This document shows, one piece after another, positions 7,316 to 17,721 of a stretch of 34,351 nt of DNA. Below the pieces are notes generated by a model. It saw nothing but the letters and a program-made list of their open reading frames with translations, was not told where the DNA came from and made no database searches. Each line of letters begins with the position of its first letter. Positions within the stretch are counted from its first letter, which is position 1. The DNA lies in the IMG/VR virus record IMGVR_UViG_3300033562_002363, positions 1 to 34,351 of that record. One strand, 5' to 3'. The position numbers and the translations under genes were made by a program. Source of the stretch: a virus (Duplodnaviria > Caudoviricetes).

Positions 7316-8371
7316 TTATATAGTTGCTGTTGCTGCTATTGTTATGTCTCCGTTTTCCTCTGTCTGCCCGGCCTCTATCCTGTCACAATCTGCCTTGGTC
7401 ACGGTAAACTGCGATGCTCCAAAGGCTGTAGCCAAAGCGATTGCCTGCGCCCTGCAGTTATATGCCTCAAAAGCCCACGAAAGCCCTGTTGTTATTTGCA
7501 CATTGTCGCTGTGGCGATAAAGTTTTGCGTTCCAAACCGAAGAAGTGTTTAAGTCAGATACTTCCGCATTTGATACCGGAGTGAGTTGCACGAAATAAGG
7601 ATCTGATGTGTCGTAAATGGCAAACATATACGAGCTCACGAGCTTGTCTGCCCCATCAATAGTAACATAGAAGTTACAAATGAACACCTGCGAGCCGGAC
7701 ACATCTGCCCTGGTGATAGCGCAAGTTTTATCTGTGCTTTTTGCTTTAAAGGTTGTTGCTCCCTTAAGCCATTCTGTCTTGAAATCGCCGATTGAAGTGA
7801 TGTCCAAAGTGAGACGAGCTGTTGCAGTAATGCTCTCAACCGTTCCCTCACGAAGAGTTTTTGAAGTGCTGTCCACTACACCGGTATAAGAGTTTTTCCC
7901 AACTAACTCAATTCTTATGTCAATGTCCGCTCCTACAGGAGTTTCATAGCCGGTATTGACCACCGCCTCAAAACGAAGTGTGTCCACATTGGTATTGACC
8001 AGACTGGCCAAGTTGCCGATTATCTTCAATGCACCTGTAGTGGTATTCAAGGAGAACAATCCTGCTCCTGTGGTTCCTCCCCCCATAACACCTGTACAAA
8101 TACCATTAACATCAAATAACAGTACCTGGTGATTATACTTCCAAAACGCAGAGCCGGGGATGATTGCTACCTCACCGGTCTTGACCGATGAAGTGATTAC
8201 TGGAGTAATTGTAGGCTGATTTGCGCCAACCGACCAGTCCGGCATTATTACTCCGCCACCGTCACTTATTGACTGATAGAGAGCTTTGTCCCATTCCAGG
8301 CGAACAGTAATTGTGTCGCCATAGCGAGTACGCTTAATTACTACTTGTCCTTGTACTACATTCATCTCCAT
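7316..8371 (-). CDS. Tail-associated structural protein, beta-rich (Ig-like domains likely)
   Basis: 351 aa, Thr/Gly/Val rich, in the tail operon; alternative start at 8365. Confidence 0.6.
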   Translation of the reverse strand: MEMNVVQGQVVIKRTRYGDTITVRLEWDKALYQSISDGGGVIMPDWSVGANQPTITPVITSSVKTGEVAIIPGSAFWKYNHQVLLFDVNGICTGVMGGGTTGAGLFSLNTTTGALKIIGNLASLVNTNVDTLRFEAVVNTGYETPVGADIDIRIELVGKNSYTGVVDSTSKTLREGTVESITATARLTLDITSIGDFKTEWLKGATTFKAKSTDKTCAITRADVSGSQVFICNFYVTIDGADKLVSSYMFAIYDTSDPYFVQLTPVSNAEVSDLNTSSVWNAKLYRHSDNVQITTGLSWAFEAYNCRAQAIALATAFGASQFTVTKADCDRIEAGQTEENGDITIAATATI

Positions 8372-8580
8372 ATCTCCTTATTAAGTTCATTAATTGCCTC
8401 ATCCTCGCTAATCTCCTCTCCTGAAATGAGAGCGAGTTTTTCTTCATAGGTTCCTGCCTTTACCGAGGCGAGATCTTTTTCGTTGAGCATCACCCGGCCA
8501 TCGTCACTTCGATGACGACCTCGGAAATCTATCGAGGAGTGCTGCCTTGTGAGTTCTGTGTTTGCTATTATATATTTCAT
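8362..8580 (-). CDS. Small hypothetical phage protein
   Basis: 72-aa ORF packed between tail genes (MKYIIA...GRVMLNEKDL). Confidence 0.7.
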   Translation of the reverse strand: MKYIIANTELTRQHSSIDFRGRHRSDDGRVMLNEKDLASVKAGTYEEKLALISGEEISEDEAINELNKEIWR

Positions 8581-8584
8581 AACA

Positions 8585-9703
8585 TCAGTTATTTATGTAT
8601 GGTTCTCCTAAACTATTCATGTAAGCAACCCCTGCGCTGTTGCCCGTTAGTTTCATTGCGGGCTTTTCGTTGACATCACAATAGATCTCACACGCCGAAG
8701 TGTCAATCCCTGTTTTGTCAGCCGGGATCTCTGCTGTTTCGCCCATGTTGTGAGTCACATCCCCTTTCGCCGTAGAAACCGTATGCCACACGATCGAGAA
8801 ATATAGAGCAGGGTTGCTCACCACCGTTCCCCTTGTGTGAAGGATAGCTTTTGCAGGAATGACAGCCTGTTTGCTCTGTACATCGCCATAACTCATCATA
8901 TCAAGGGTAAAGACAGGGTACTGCCTGATTACTGAAAACTGAACGGCAGCAACTTCAACGGAAGCCTTGAGCAGCTTAATCATATAGTCAGCCTTTTGTA
9001 TCATTCTTACGTCAAACACAAATGCTCCCAGGGCCGATGAAATCAGCTCCGGACAGTTAGCCGAAGTTGCCGCAACAAAGCTTCCTGCAACATTTTTAAG
9101 GATTGAGAAAGTGATTCCGGCTGTGTTGTTTGCAATTACATCCGCTCCACGAAAAGCCACAGCAGTAAAAGTCACTTCATTGGCAGAAGCGGTAAGGGGA
9201 TTGTGAATATATTCCACCGGCTGATTAAGTTCCAAAGTGTACTTATCCGAAGCCACCGCCTGAGTTGAGAGCATAATGCCATCAATGGCAACAGAGATAT
9301 TTATCCCCCGGCGAGTGTCCGGAAGTGTAGCGCGGAACGAAAGCAGAATAGGAGCCTCAGAAGATACATTCTTTAGAACAGTCAAAGAACCCCGCATTGA
9401 AGTGTCGGACAGGTCAATAGAATAAAGCCCATTGGCATAGTCTTGAGTAGTTGTAATGTCCACTCCTCCGACGTACCATTTAATGCCTCCAAGAGCCATA
9501 TTTGCTGCTCCATTGGGATAGACTCCGTCCGGATCCGTAACCGATACCATCGGTAGAATGACAGTCGGAGTGATGGCCCTATTAGGTTCGTATGCCAACT
9601 CAACAGCCTTATAGACCTGAGTGAGCGCACTCCCAAGCACCTCAAAATGTCGGGTGACAATGAGAGGGGCAAAGGTTCGTTTTATGTGTTGAGAAACTTT
9701 CAT
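8585..9703 (-). CDS. Tail-associated structural protein, beta-rich
   Basis: 372 aa. N-terminal LTQVY...YEPNRAITPTVILP is loosely similar to LYQSI...PDWSVGANQPTITP in 7316..8371. Confidence 0.6.
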   Translation of the reverse strand: MKVSQHIKRTFAPLIVTRHFEVLGSALTQVYKAVELAYEPNRAITPTVILPMVSVTDPDGVYPNGAANMALGGIKWYVGGVDITTTQDYANGLYSIDLSDTSMRGSLTVLKNVSSEAPILLSFRATLPDTRRGINISVAIDGIMLSTQAVASDKYTLELNQPVEYIHNPLTASANEVTFTAVAFRGADVIANNTAGITFSILKNVAGSFVAATSANCPELISSALGAFVFDVRMIQKADYMIKLLKASVEVAAVQFSVIRQYPVFTLDMMSYGDVQSKQAVIPAKAILHTRGTVVSNPALYFSIVWHTVSTAKGDVTHNMGETAEIPADKTGIDTSACEIYCDVNEKPAMKLTGNSAGVAYMNSLGEPYINN

Positions 9704-9704
9704 A

Positions 9705-11222
9705 TCAAATTTCTATTGTTGTACTTATCGTTAAATCTTCATATGTTGCAGTTATATAAAATCTGCAGCTCACGTTTGCCTGTAGAGCATTACCCAAATC
9801 GGCAAAGCTTATCAGCGCAGAATTGGTAAGAGACTTATGAGCGTGATTCCATGCTATATCATCTGCAGCATCACCACTACTTCTTATCCACTCCCACTTA
9901 GTCATAACCGATGTTATGTCCGACCATCTTTTATACACCTTGACCATAATAGTAGTCGTCTCATCTGCACCAATCATCCATCCCAAAGAACTATCAACCT
10001 CCATCCTAACTACTCCCTCTCCAATGCTTTTATCTATTTCATTTATCAGTTGCTGATAAGATATTGTCTTCCATTCTTCTGTGTAGGGAGATTGTACGGG
10101 GAATAGGAGCTCAGGAACAATCTCCGCCTGCGGGAAATCAACCAGGCGGGGAGCTAAAAAAAAAAGCCCCTCCGGAGTGGTTATCTCAAGATTCTCAGGA
10201 AGAGGATCCGTAGATCGCTTAATATTGAGCAACCCTTTATCTGCAGCTATCCGATATGTGAAGCTGAAGGACTTCATGTCTTCGGAAGAACTGTCGGTTA
10301 CTTCACTTTCTTTCAGGGTTAATTTTCTGATTACTCCTGAATCAACTTTATATTTCCGAATAGCCCGGAAGAAATCCCATAACCAGGCAGCTTCGCCTTT
10401 CGACTTCCAACCGGTTGACTTCTGGTACAATCTGGAAACTGTATCATCAAGCTGTTCGCTTTCTTCTTCATATATCCCTTCAGTGTGTGTGAGCTCCGGA
10501 GCAAATATTGACTCCCCGGCAAATACAGCAGTATCTATCCCTCCCAAGGAATTCTCAAACAGAAAATGTTCATCAACAGTTTCAATCTCTTTATATATGT
10601 ACCTCTGAATATATGTCAAGCGCTGTTCAGATGCATTCTCAACCCACACATCAAAATAACCCTGTTTTTCTCCTGCCTGGAGAGCCATGATCCGAGAGAA
10701 CATCATGTTTACAGAAACGCATGATCCTGCAGCAAGAGCTGTAAGAGTCTGCACTGGAAAAGTCTCATTTGTCAAATAAAACTTAACCTTCAATGTCCCG
10801 GCCACCGGTGCAAAGTAAGTTAACCATTCCGGCTGAGAGTAGCCCACCTGTTTGCTCTGAGGCTGCCATGTCAAAAAATTCTGTGCTAAAAATTCAGTAG
10901 CTGAAACAGCCAGGTTCTCAACACCGGCACGAATAGCAAGAAATGTTTTTGTCTCAAGGTCAATATGAGCAACAAATTCCTTGCAGATTCCGGTCTGAAG
11001 AAAAACATCAGTTGTCGGAATAATGAACGAAAGCTCATTTTTAACGACCTCTTTAACATCAATAGTTATTTTCCCATCCGAAGCAGGGGAATAAGACTCA
11101 TCAATGAGTAGAGTTGCCCCGCAATATAATTTAAAGCGGATATCTTCAACAGAAGAGATCACAAACTTCTTTAAATTAGAAGCCAGGGAAAGTGCATCGG
11201 GGTATGTAAGTATGTTTGCCAT
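9705..11222 (-). CDS. Tail tip / distal tail protein with C-terminal Ig-like extension
   Basis: 505 aa with FLFENSLGGIDT motif; second gene after the tape measure gene; internal T10 slippery run. Confidence 0.65.
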   Translation of the reverse strand: MANILTYPDALSLASNLKKFVISSVEDIRFKLYCGATLLIDESYSPASDGKITIDVKEVVKNELSFIIPTTDVFLQTGICKEFVAHIDLETKTFLAIRAGVENLAVSATEFLAQNFLTWQPQSKQVGYSQPEWLTYFAPVAGTLKVKFYLTNETFPVQTLTALAAGSCVSVNMMFSRIMALQAGEKQGYFDVWVENASEQRLTYIQRYIYKEIETVDEHFLFENSLGGIDTAVFAGESIFAPELTHTEGIYEEESEQLDDTVSRLYQKSTGWKSKGEAAWLWDFFRAIRKYKVDSGVIRKLTLKESEVTDSSSEDMKSFSFTYRIAADKGLLNIKRSTDPLPENLEITTPEGLFFLAPRLVDFPQAEIVPELLFPVQSPYTEEWKTISYQQLINEIDKSIGEGVVRMEVDSSLGWMIGADETTTIMVKVYKRWSDITSVMTKWEWIRSSGDAADDIAWNHAHKSLTNSALISFADLGNALQANVSCRFYITATYEDLTISTTIEI

Positions 11223-11232
11223 AATTCTTAAC

Positions 11233-11267
11233 CAAAATTATCATCAATGAACACTAAACGAAAGGAC
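11233..11267 (-). promoter_or_regulatory. Putative late promoter, copy 1
   Basis: GTCCTTT-N21-AATTTTG ending ~10 nt before ATG 11222. Confidence 0.65.
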
Positions 11268-11272
11268 ACATT

Positions 11273-13099
11273 TTATTGCGAAAAAGGAATTTGTTCCTCT
11301 TCAATCAACGGATATTGTTTCTTTATAAGCATAAACTTGCTTAGGTTGTGGATAATCTTATTTGATATGCTATATGACAGTGATTTGAGCAATAGAGGCT
11401 GTCCTTTATATGCTTTAAGTTTATCGTGTCTTAATGAAAGGAATTGCACATCACTATAATCAACTTTACACTCGATTTCGGAAGTGCAATTTTTAATTAT
11501 CCCGTTCCAGTTCCTAAAGAATAGCTTATATATATCTGTTGTAGTAAGATCATAATCACACCAGGCATTACCAGCATTATTTCTTTTCTGTGTAGTTCCT
11601 AAGTAATATTTTGGCGGGACAGTCCCCGGATGAAAGTCGTTTGCAGCATAGGCGGTTTCATCTGCTTTGCCGGCCGCATAAGCAATAATTATATTTTGCT
11701 CTGAGTTATTAGTCTTTTCACTCCCCTTTTGAAGAGATATGTTAGATGTTCTCGAGGCTCCAATTGACAGACAAAGAATTGCGGCTTCTAATTCCCCTAC
11801 CAAACCGAGTCTGATTTCAACCAAAACAGGCATTACATCCTCAGATTTATATTCCATTTTATTGGAAAACTTATCCGAGCAGAAACGAAAATAATTAGTT
11901 CCAAGAGGGATATAGCTAGCTCGGCCACCAACACGCTGATAGTATAGGTCATAATACTGGCCGGTTGATTTTCTTATTATAAGATGATGCTTAAATGTTT
12001 GTAAACTTCCCCAGTTATAAGTGTTCCACTCTGTCTCATTTATTTCTGTTAGAGCAGTGTAGTTTTTAGCCAAGTCAAAAATTGTATCTGCCGCAGGTTT
12101 TGCTCCAGGCAAATCAGTATTTGATTGAATGTTCACCTCTTTTGCATCAACAAAGAGATATTTAATAATTCCATCAACAGACAAAGAAATGTCTTCGTCT
12201 GCAGCACTACTTATGATTGTGTCGAGAGATATTAACTCAACAGATTTCTCCTCTGGATAAATATATGCATGAGTTAAAAATTTGTTTTCGATAAATATTA
12301 AAAACTCGGAAATAGAGCACGTCGGCACTAAATCGGCATAATTAATCACTCCCTTACATATCGTATCTGAGTTGTTATTTATTAATGCAATTTTCTTTAG
12401 AAGAGGATTATCCTTAAACGGACTCTTATCCACTGAATAACCAAACTCTGCAAAAATCAATTCAATCGCTCTCCACATCCACAAAAACGGAGTTATACCA
12501 AATCCGACCGGAACTGAAACAGAATCTGTCCCTTGATAAATATCTCTCGCAGCCCATTTAAGCTGCCACGGATTAGATGTTGATGTATAATCAGGACAAT
12601 TCAACAACTGATACCCATTCTCTTCATTATAATCAACAGCAACGGGGAAAGCCGTAAAATCATCAGTTATCTCTCCCTTCATGCACTTATATATATGATT
12701 ATACCAGGCTTCGATAGGATTTTGTTCTGCAGCAAAATCATTCCGTATAATCTTCGAGAAAATATCAGATAATTTTATATCCTTAATTCTGGTGTACAGT
12801 TCGCTCTCATTGAGCATTATTGCGCCTATAATACCATCAGAACCCACAGAGTCAACAACGAGTTGCCCAGTCTTCTGAAAGAGCCCTGCTTCTAATTTTG
12901 AGGTATATTTACGTATATATTTATCTCTTCGGCCAATTCTATTGGGATAAGAGAGAGCTTGTAAATTTCGGGGTGAAGCAGGTAGTGTTATAGGTATACT
13001 CTGAGTCCCTTCATGTGAGAATACTGGCGAATTTTGTTCTATAGAAAAAGAAAATCCGGCAGGCAAATCCATTTGCCCTTTTTCAGTTAATAGTCTCAT
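11273..13099 (-). CDS. Tail protein (hub-like) following the tape measure gene
   Basis: 608 aa; N-terminal DLPAGFSFSIEQNSPVF...SIPITLP...N pattern; overlaps the tape measure stop. Confidence 0.65.
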   Translation of the reverse strand: MRLLTEKGQMDLPAGFSFSIEQNSPVFSHEGTQSIPITLPASPRNLQALSYPNRIGRRDKYIRKYTSKLEAGLFQKTGQLVVDSVGSDGIIGAIMLNESELYTRIKDIKLSDIFSKIIRNDFAAEQNPIEAWYNHIYKCMKGEITDDFTAFPVAVDYNEENGYQLLNCPDYTSTSNPWQLKWAARDIYQGTDSVSVPVGFGITPFLWMWRAIELIFAEFGYSVDKSPFKDNPLLKKIALINNNSDTICKGVINYADLVPTCSISEFLIFIENKFLTHAYIYPEEKSVELISLDTIISSAADEDISLSVDGIIKYLFVDAKEVNIQSNTDLPGAKPAADTIFDLAKNYTALTEINETEWNTYNWGSLQTFKHHLIIRKSTGQYYDLYYQRVGGRASYIPLGTNYFRFCSDKFSNKMEYKSEDVMPVLVEIRLGLVGELEAAILCLSIGASRTSNISLQKGSEKTNNSEQNIIIAYAAGKADETAYAANDFHPGTVPPKYYLGTTQKRNNAGNAWCDYDLTTTDIYKLFFRNWNGIIKNCTSEIECKVDYSDVQFLSLRHDKLKAYKGQPLLLKSLSYSISNKIIHNLSKFMLIKKQYPLIEEEQIPFSQ

Positions 13100-16000
13100 A
13101 GGTTTCCTTCTCTTTTAAAACGATTTTTAATCTCCTGTTTAGCATTAAATTCATCAAGAACCATATATGCGGGTATAGGCGACTCTGCCATTTGTTTCAG
13201 TAAATTGATTGCTTGTTGAAGTAATTGATCCGTTTTAGAATCTCTGTTAGCTGAAGAAGCATAACCGCCCGTAAAAAATTGCTTTGGAGGACCCTGAAAG
13301 GAGTATTTATTAACTCTCTCTCTCTCTAGATTTCTAAATATAGATGGATTCGACCGAACCATCGAAGCCGGAGCAACCCACTCATTTGCATGCACTATCC
13401 CAACGGGCTTAAGATCTGAATTCGAATTTTCAGTAAAACCGCCTCCGGCATATCCGGACACAGATTTACTATTTCCAGACGTAGAAGTACTATTGATACC
13501 TTCCTGAAGAGATGATTTAAGCGCATTCCTTTGTGCTATAATAGTACCTACCTGGAATAGTGTTGTGGCACCAATTAGTGCCGCGGCGATTGGTCCTGCG
13601 ATTGGTCCTAACTGAGCTACTGCTTGTATAGCAGCTAATGCACCGGCAGATACAGTTTGCAGTATCTTTATTGCCATATCCTTATCAGCATACTCTATCT
13701 GAAGTTCAAGTTTCTTCTTTTCGTATTTCTGCTCAATTTTAGCCCTTGCATCGGCACTATCTCCATATAATCGCAGTTCTTGCTCTTTCTGCCTCTCCAA
13801 TCTATTGAATTCCTCATCACGGATCGTTTGATATAATTCAGCAATTGCATTTACTATCCCATTCACCGCACTGGCAACCTTTTCCGCTGCTTCAATTCTG
13901 AGTTGCCCGATCTTCCACTCGTATTCTTTAGTGGTAATGAGCCCTTCTTTATGCATCTTTTCAAGGTTTTCTTTTTCAACCTTGAACTTTTTAGACCAGG
14001 AGCGAGAAGCATACTGTTCTTTAATTTCGGCAGCAGACTGTTCAAACTTTTTCTGTTTGTCCAAAATCGATTTTAATAATTTATCTTGCTCCGGATCTTC
14101 ATCAATATCCTCTTCAACAGGCCCCTTCTTTAGCCAGAACTCACGTATTTTAGCTTGAATCTCTGCTTTTTTAATCGCGACTTCACCAAGTTTAATCAGT
14201 GAGTCATAATATGCCCCTTCTGTCTCAGTATTATCTTTTCCATACTTTAGATATACCAGATTCCTTTTTTCAAGGAAAGCTATAGTATTGGTAAGAGACT
14301 CTAATTCATATTGTTCTTGATTGATAGAAGTTGCAAAGAGAGATTTCTTTAACAGATTTTGCTTTTGTCTCTCCTGAACATCAATAGACTCTAACTCTTT
14401 TTTAAATGCTTCTTCCTTCTTTTTTCTCTGTTTCTCTGTTTCTGTCTCAATTGTATCAGTAACCTGTTCACCGGCAGCCTTTACTTTTGTAGGATCAAAC
14501 ACAGGACCCATTATTTCTTCCGGCATCAGAAATTCAAACTTCTTTGTCGTTGCATTAACATCATCAATCATTTTAGTGTATGCATTTGCATACTGTCGGA
14601 ATGGAGCAATATTAAAAGCGCGACCGATATCCCTGTTTAACTGATTTACCAACGTTTTCCAACTCCGTCCGGAATTAACCGAATTGGTAAACGCCTGTGC
14701 TTGGATGCGTGCCACATCTTCGGTCATTCCTGCCTGATCCATCAAGGTTTTTACTATATCTTCATAAGCATCGGCTTGCTTTTCAATAGCCTTATTTGTG
14801 ATATCAGTAACCGCCTGTTCTTTTATTTTCAACCCGATTGACCGCTCTATTTCATTATTTATCAGCTTTCTTGCCTCTTCTATATTAGTAAGGTTTCCCT
14901 TTTCATCAATCAAATATGATATGTAAGGACCGTATTTCTCAACCAATTTTTCAATTGCCTGCTTGTACTGATCAGAACCAACAACGGAATTCTGTACAAT
15001 TCCCAATAAATCAGCAGCCTCTCTTTTAGCTGTTTCTGTTTCAGAGTAGAATGATTTTGTCGCTTTTGTAAGATCTGACTGGTAGGTAATAAGTTTATAC
15101 ATACCATATCCCAAAGCTGCAATAGCTGTAATTATTGCCCCCAATGCGGACGCAGACATGGAAGCATTCAACATTTGCCACGCTGCTGTAGCCCTTACTG
15201 TGTTGCCCCGAACCAAAGCCATTGCTGCGGAAAATGCAAGAGAGGTAATTCGTGCTGCAGACATTATTGTATTACCGGTAGCAACTACAACGTTCCATGA
15301 TTTATAAGCAACGATTGCCCCTACAAATACAGCAGCTGCATACAGAAATTCCTTATCAATAGCCATTATAGCCTTAAGGAATAAAGTTGTTGCATTTGTT
15401 GATTTAAGGAACGCCGGAGATAGTTTCTCACCTAAAATGATTACCTGATCCTGAAACTTCTTCTTGGCCTTATCCAACTTGGCCTGCATCGTTTCATTCT
15501 TGATATTATACTCATTCTGCAGAGAAGTGGCCTTTGTAAACTCCACATTCGAGAGTTTCTGAGCCTCTGTAACCAGATTGATATTTGTACCCAGTGAACT
15601 TAACACACTCACGAAACGCGCACCTTCACCACCCATCTCTTGGAAAAGAGGCACCATTTGAGCAAAACCACCTTTAGAGTTGAGCCCGGTGAGAACTTTA
15701 ATTATAGCAGCGTTTGCATCTTCGGACAGGAGCTTTGAGAAAGCCTTAACATCTACACCGGCAATCTTTGCCATCGTATCTGTCTCAGAATACATCTTCA
15801 TCAGGAAGTTCTGAAAAGCAGTGGCCGACATTTCCACTTGTGCCCCGGACTGGTCAAGTGCCGATGCATAGCCCAATATGTTTTGAAGAGAAATCCCGGC
15901 TTGATACGACGATCCGGCCACTCTCTTTGTGAAATCAACCAGGTACTGTTCAGCAGCTGATGAGTCCTGTCCGAGAGCATTAATAGCAGAGCCAATTGAT

Positions 16001-16830
16001 GCATAGGATTTTTCAATACCCATCTCCTTAGTCAGCTTGAACACTTCAGATATTTTTCCTATGTTCAAAACAGCATCTTCACCCAAATCCTCACGAAGAG
16101 CGACATTGATTTTGTTCGCTGCCCTAACAAACGCCAAAACATCTTCACTCCCAGATAGACCCAATTTACCGGCCTCGCGAGCCAGTTCATTCAATTCTTC
16201 CCGGGATGTTCTTGTATTAAGTTTTTTAAACTCCTCATTCAATAAAACAACCTCTTCTCTTGTCAACTGAGTTGTTTTACTTACATCAGCATAGATATCA
16301 TCAAATTTTGCAGCTTCCTGTGATGCACCTCTGAGAGCAAAGGATATTCCAGTAACGGAAGCAATCGCAGCTGTAGCAAGCCCAAAATACTTATTAAAGG
16401 AGTTGCCGGCACGACTTATCCAGTTGTTGTTTTCCTTGAAACGGCCATTTAGAACATCAAGGCGGTTTCTTACCTGATCTAACTGTTTACTCTTAGTAAT
16501 GAAGAGTTGAGTGTCCGGAGTCAGCCCCTTTATTTCATTACGAAGAGATTTAGCAGCTTTCTCAAGTTGAGTAATAGTTGAGCCATTGAGATTCTTAAGA
16601 ATAGAATTATAGTTAAACGTCTCCTGGCGAAGCTTCTTTGTAGTAGCCTCGATGGACTTCAACTCAGTACTCAACTTATTTACCTGCTTTGTATCTCCAG
16701 CTTTTGATGCTTCGATGATTGCGTCCCTATATTGCTTTGCCTTAAGTTTAAGCCCGTCAAGTGCATTTTCTGCAGCCTTGCCGTTTAGCGTTACAATCGA
16801 TTCTGCCCTTGCTACATTACTTCGTGCCAT
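13096..16830 (-). CDS. Tail tape measure protein
   Basis: 1244 aa, helical/coiled coil. Core region FDDIYADVSKTT...LAREAGKLG, hydrophobic Ala-rich segments, C-terminal GYAGGG...GIVHANEWV. Confidence 0.92.
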   Translation of the reverse strand: MARSNVARAESIVTLNGKAAENALDGLKLKAKQYRDAIIEASKAGDTKQVNKLSTELKSIEATTKKLRQETFNYNSILKNLNGSTITQLEKAAKSLRNEIKGLTPDTQLFITKSKQLDQVRNRLDVLNGRFKENNNWISRAGNSFNKYFGLATAAIASVTGISFALRGASQEAAKFDDIYADVSKTTQLTREEVVLLNEEFKKLNTRTSREELNELAREAGKLGLSGSEDVLAFVRAANKINVALREDLGEDAVLNIGKISEVFKLTKEMGIEKSYASIGSAINALGQDSSAAEQYLVDFTKRVAGSSYQAGISLQNILGYASALDQSGAQVEMSATAFQNFLMKMYSETDTMAKIAGVDVKAFSKLLSEDANAAIIKVLTGLNSKGGFAQMVPLFQEMGGEGARFVSVLSSLGTNINLVTEAQKLSNVEFTKATSLQNEYNIKNETMQAKLDKAKKKFQDQVIILGEKLSPAFLKSTNATTLFLKAIMAIDKEFLYAAAVFVGAIVAYKSWNVVVATGNTIMSAARITSLAFSAAMALVRGNTVRATAAWQMLNASMSASALGAIITAIAALGYGMYKLITYQSDLTKATKSFYSETETAKREAADLLGIVQNSVVGSDQYKQAIEKLVEKYGPYISYLIDEKGNLTNIEEARKLINNEIERSIGLKIKEQAVTDITNKAIEKQADAYEDIVKTLMDQAGMTEDVARIQAQAFTNSVNSGRSWKTLVNQLNRDIGRAFNIAPFRQYANAYTKMIDDVNATTKKFEFLMPEEIMGPVFDPTKVKAAGEQVTDTIETETEKQRKKKEEAFKKELESIDVQERQKQNLLKKSLFATSINQEQYELESLTNTIAFLEKRNLVYLKYGKDNTETEGAYYDSLIKLGEVAIKKAEIQAKIREFWLKKGPVEEDIDEDPEQDKLLKSILDKQKKFEQSAAEIKEQYASRSWSKKFKVEKENLEKMHKEGLITTKEYEWKIGQLRIEAAEKVASAVNGIVNAIAELYQTIRDEEFNRLERQKEQELRLYGDSADARAKIEQKYEKKKLELQIEYADKDMAIKILQTVSAGALAAIQAVAQLGPIAGPIAAALIGATTLFQVGTIIAQRNALKSSLQEGINSTSTSGNSKSVSGYAGGGFTENSNSDLKPVGIVHANEWVAPASMVRSNPSIFRNLERERVNKYSFQGPPKQFFTGGYASSANRDSKTDQLLQQAINLLKQMAESPIPAYMVLDEFNAKQEIKNRFKREGNL

Positions 16831-16895
16831 AATTCTTAATTATTATATGATGATGTTGCCCAAGCCGCATCGTTTTTTCCGGTTGTACTTCTATC

Positions 16896-17258
16896 TTAAA
16901 TAAGTTTGATTGCTTCCTGAGCCCTTTCTCCGTATCTCTCAGCCATAAATCCCGCAAGCTTTCTGACCTCTGAGGCAAGTTGTTTCGAGTACCAGGGCTT
17001 TGCTCTCCGGTTTGATCCAGCAACCTGATCATACTTTACTCCTTTACCTACACCCATATCCGGAAATATCCCATAATAGAGGAAAGTGAAGGTGATTTTG
17101 AAAGGATCTCCCTGTGCATCCATTTCTATCTGAGAAGTAAATGACCGAAGCAGCTCCTGAGTCTCAATAATCCCCAGGCGTGATATCTTGGTCTCCCATC
17201 GTTGTATAACTATGTCAGCCCAGGCGGTAACGATGTCTATAGAATTCTTGTCACTCAT
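16896..17258 (-). CDS. Putative neck / tail completion protein
   Basis: YGIFPDMGVGKG...RRAKPWYSK pattern; located before the tape measure gene; ATG 17258 preferred. Confidence 0.55.
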   Translation of the reverse strand: MSDKNSIDIVTAWADIVIQRWETKISRLGIIETQELLRSFTSQIEMDAQGDPFKITFTFLYYGIFPDMGVGKGVKYDQVAGSNRRAKPWYSKQLASEVRKLAGFMAERYGERAQEAIKLI

Positions 17259-17721
17259 GTATGCGTAAATCAATATCTTCCCGGAATGTTAATACCATCT
17301 CATAACCAAGGCACTTAGGCCCGCCCATCCGTTTGTTATAGGCGACATGACTAGGATCCCATCCTGCCAGCTCCGGTTCTACACTAATATCCCGGATAAA
17401 TAATTTGATGATCTCTTTAGCCAGGGCAAACGTCCTTGTGAATATTGCGGTTGCTCCTGTTGTTTCATCTCGATCGCCCTGGTCCATTATCCACAGCGCG
17501 ATTGAGGTATTATCAAGAGGACCTTCCAACAGATTATCCATTGTACCGGAAGAGCGATCTTCCAGAACAACACACGGAAACTCTGTTGTACGCAGAGCTC
17601 CCAGTATTGCAACGATTTCATCATAACCATCACCCTCTTTTAGCTGATTAACGAACTTGTCTGCGTCCTCAAACTCTTTCAGTTCTGGGAGCACCTTCTT
17701 AAGATATGTGGTTGTTATCAT
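17251..17721 (-). CDS. Putative tail terminator / virion structural protein
   Basis: 156 aa, acidic, FPCVVLE...GYEMVLTF; head-tail region. Confidence 0.5.
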   Translation of the reverse strand: MITTTYLKKVLPELKEFEDADKFVNQLKEGDGYDEIVAILGALRTTEFPCVVLEDRSSGTMDNLLEGPLDNTSIALWIMDQGDRDETTGATAIFTRTFALAKEIIKLFIRDISVEPELAGWDPSHVAYNKRMGGPKCLGYEMVLTFREDIDLRIHE

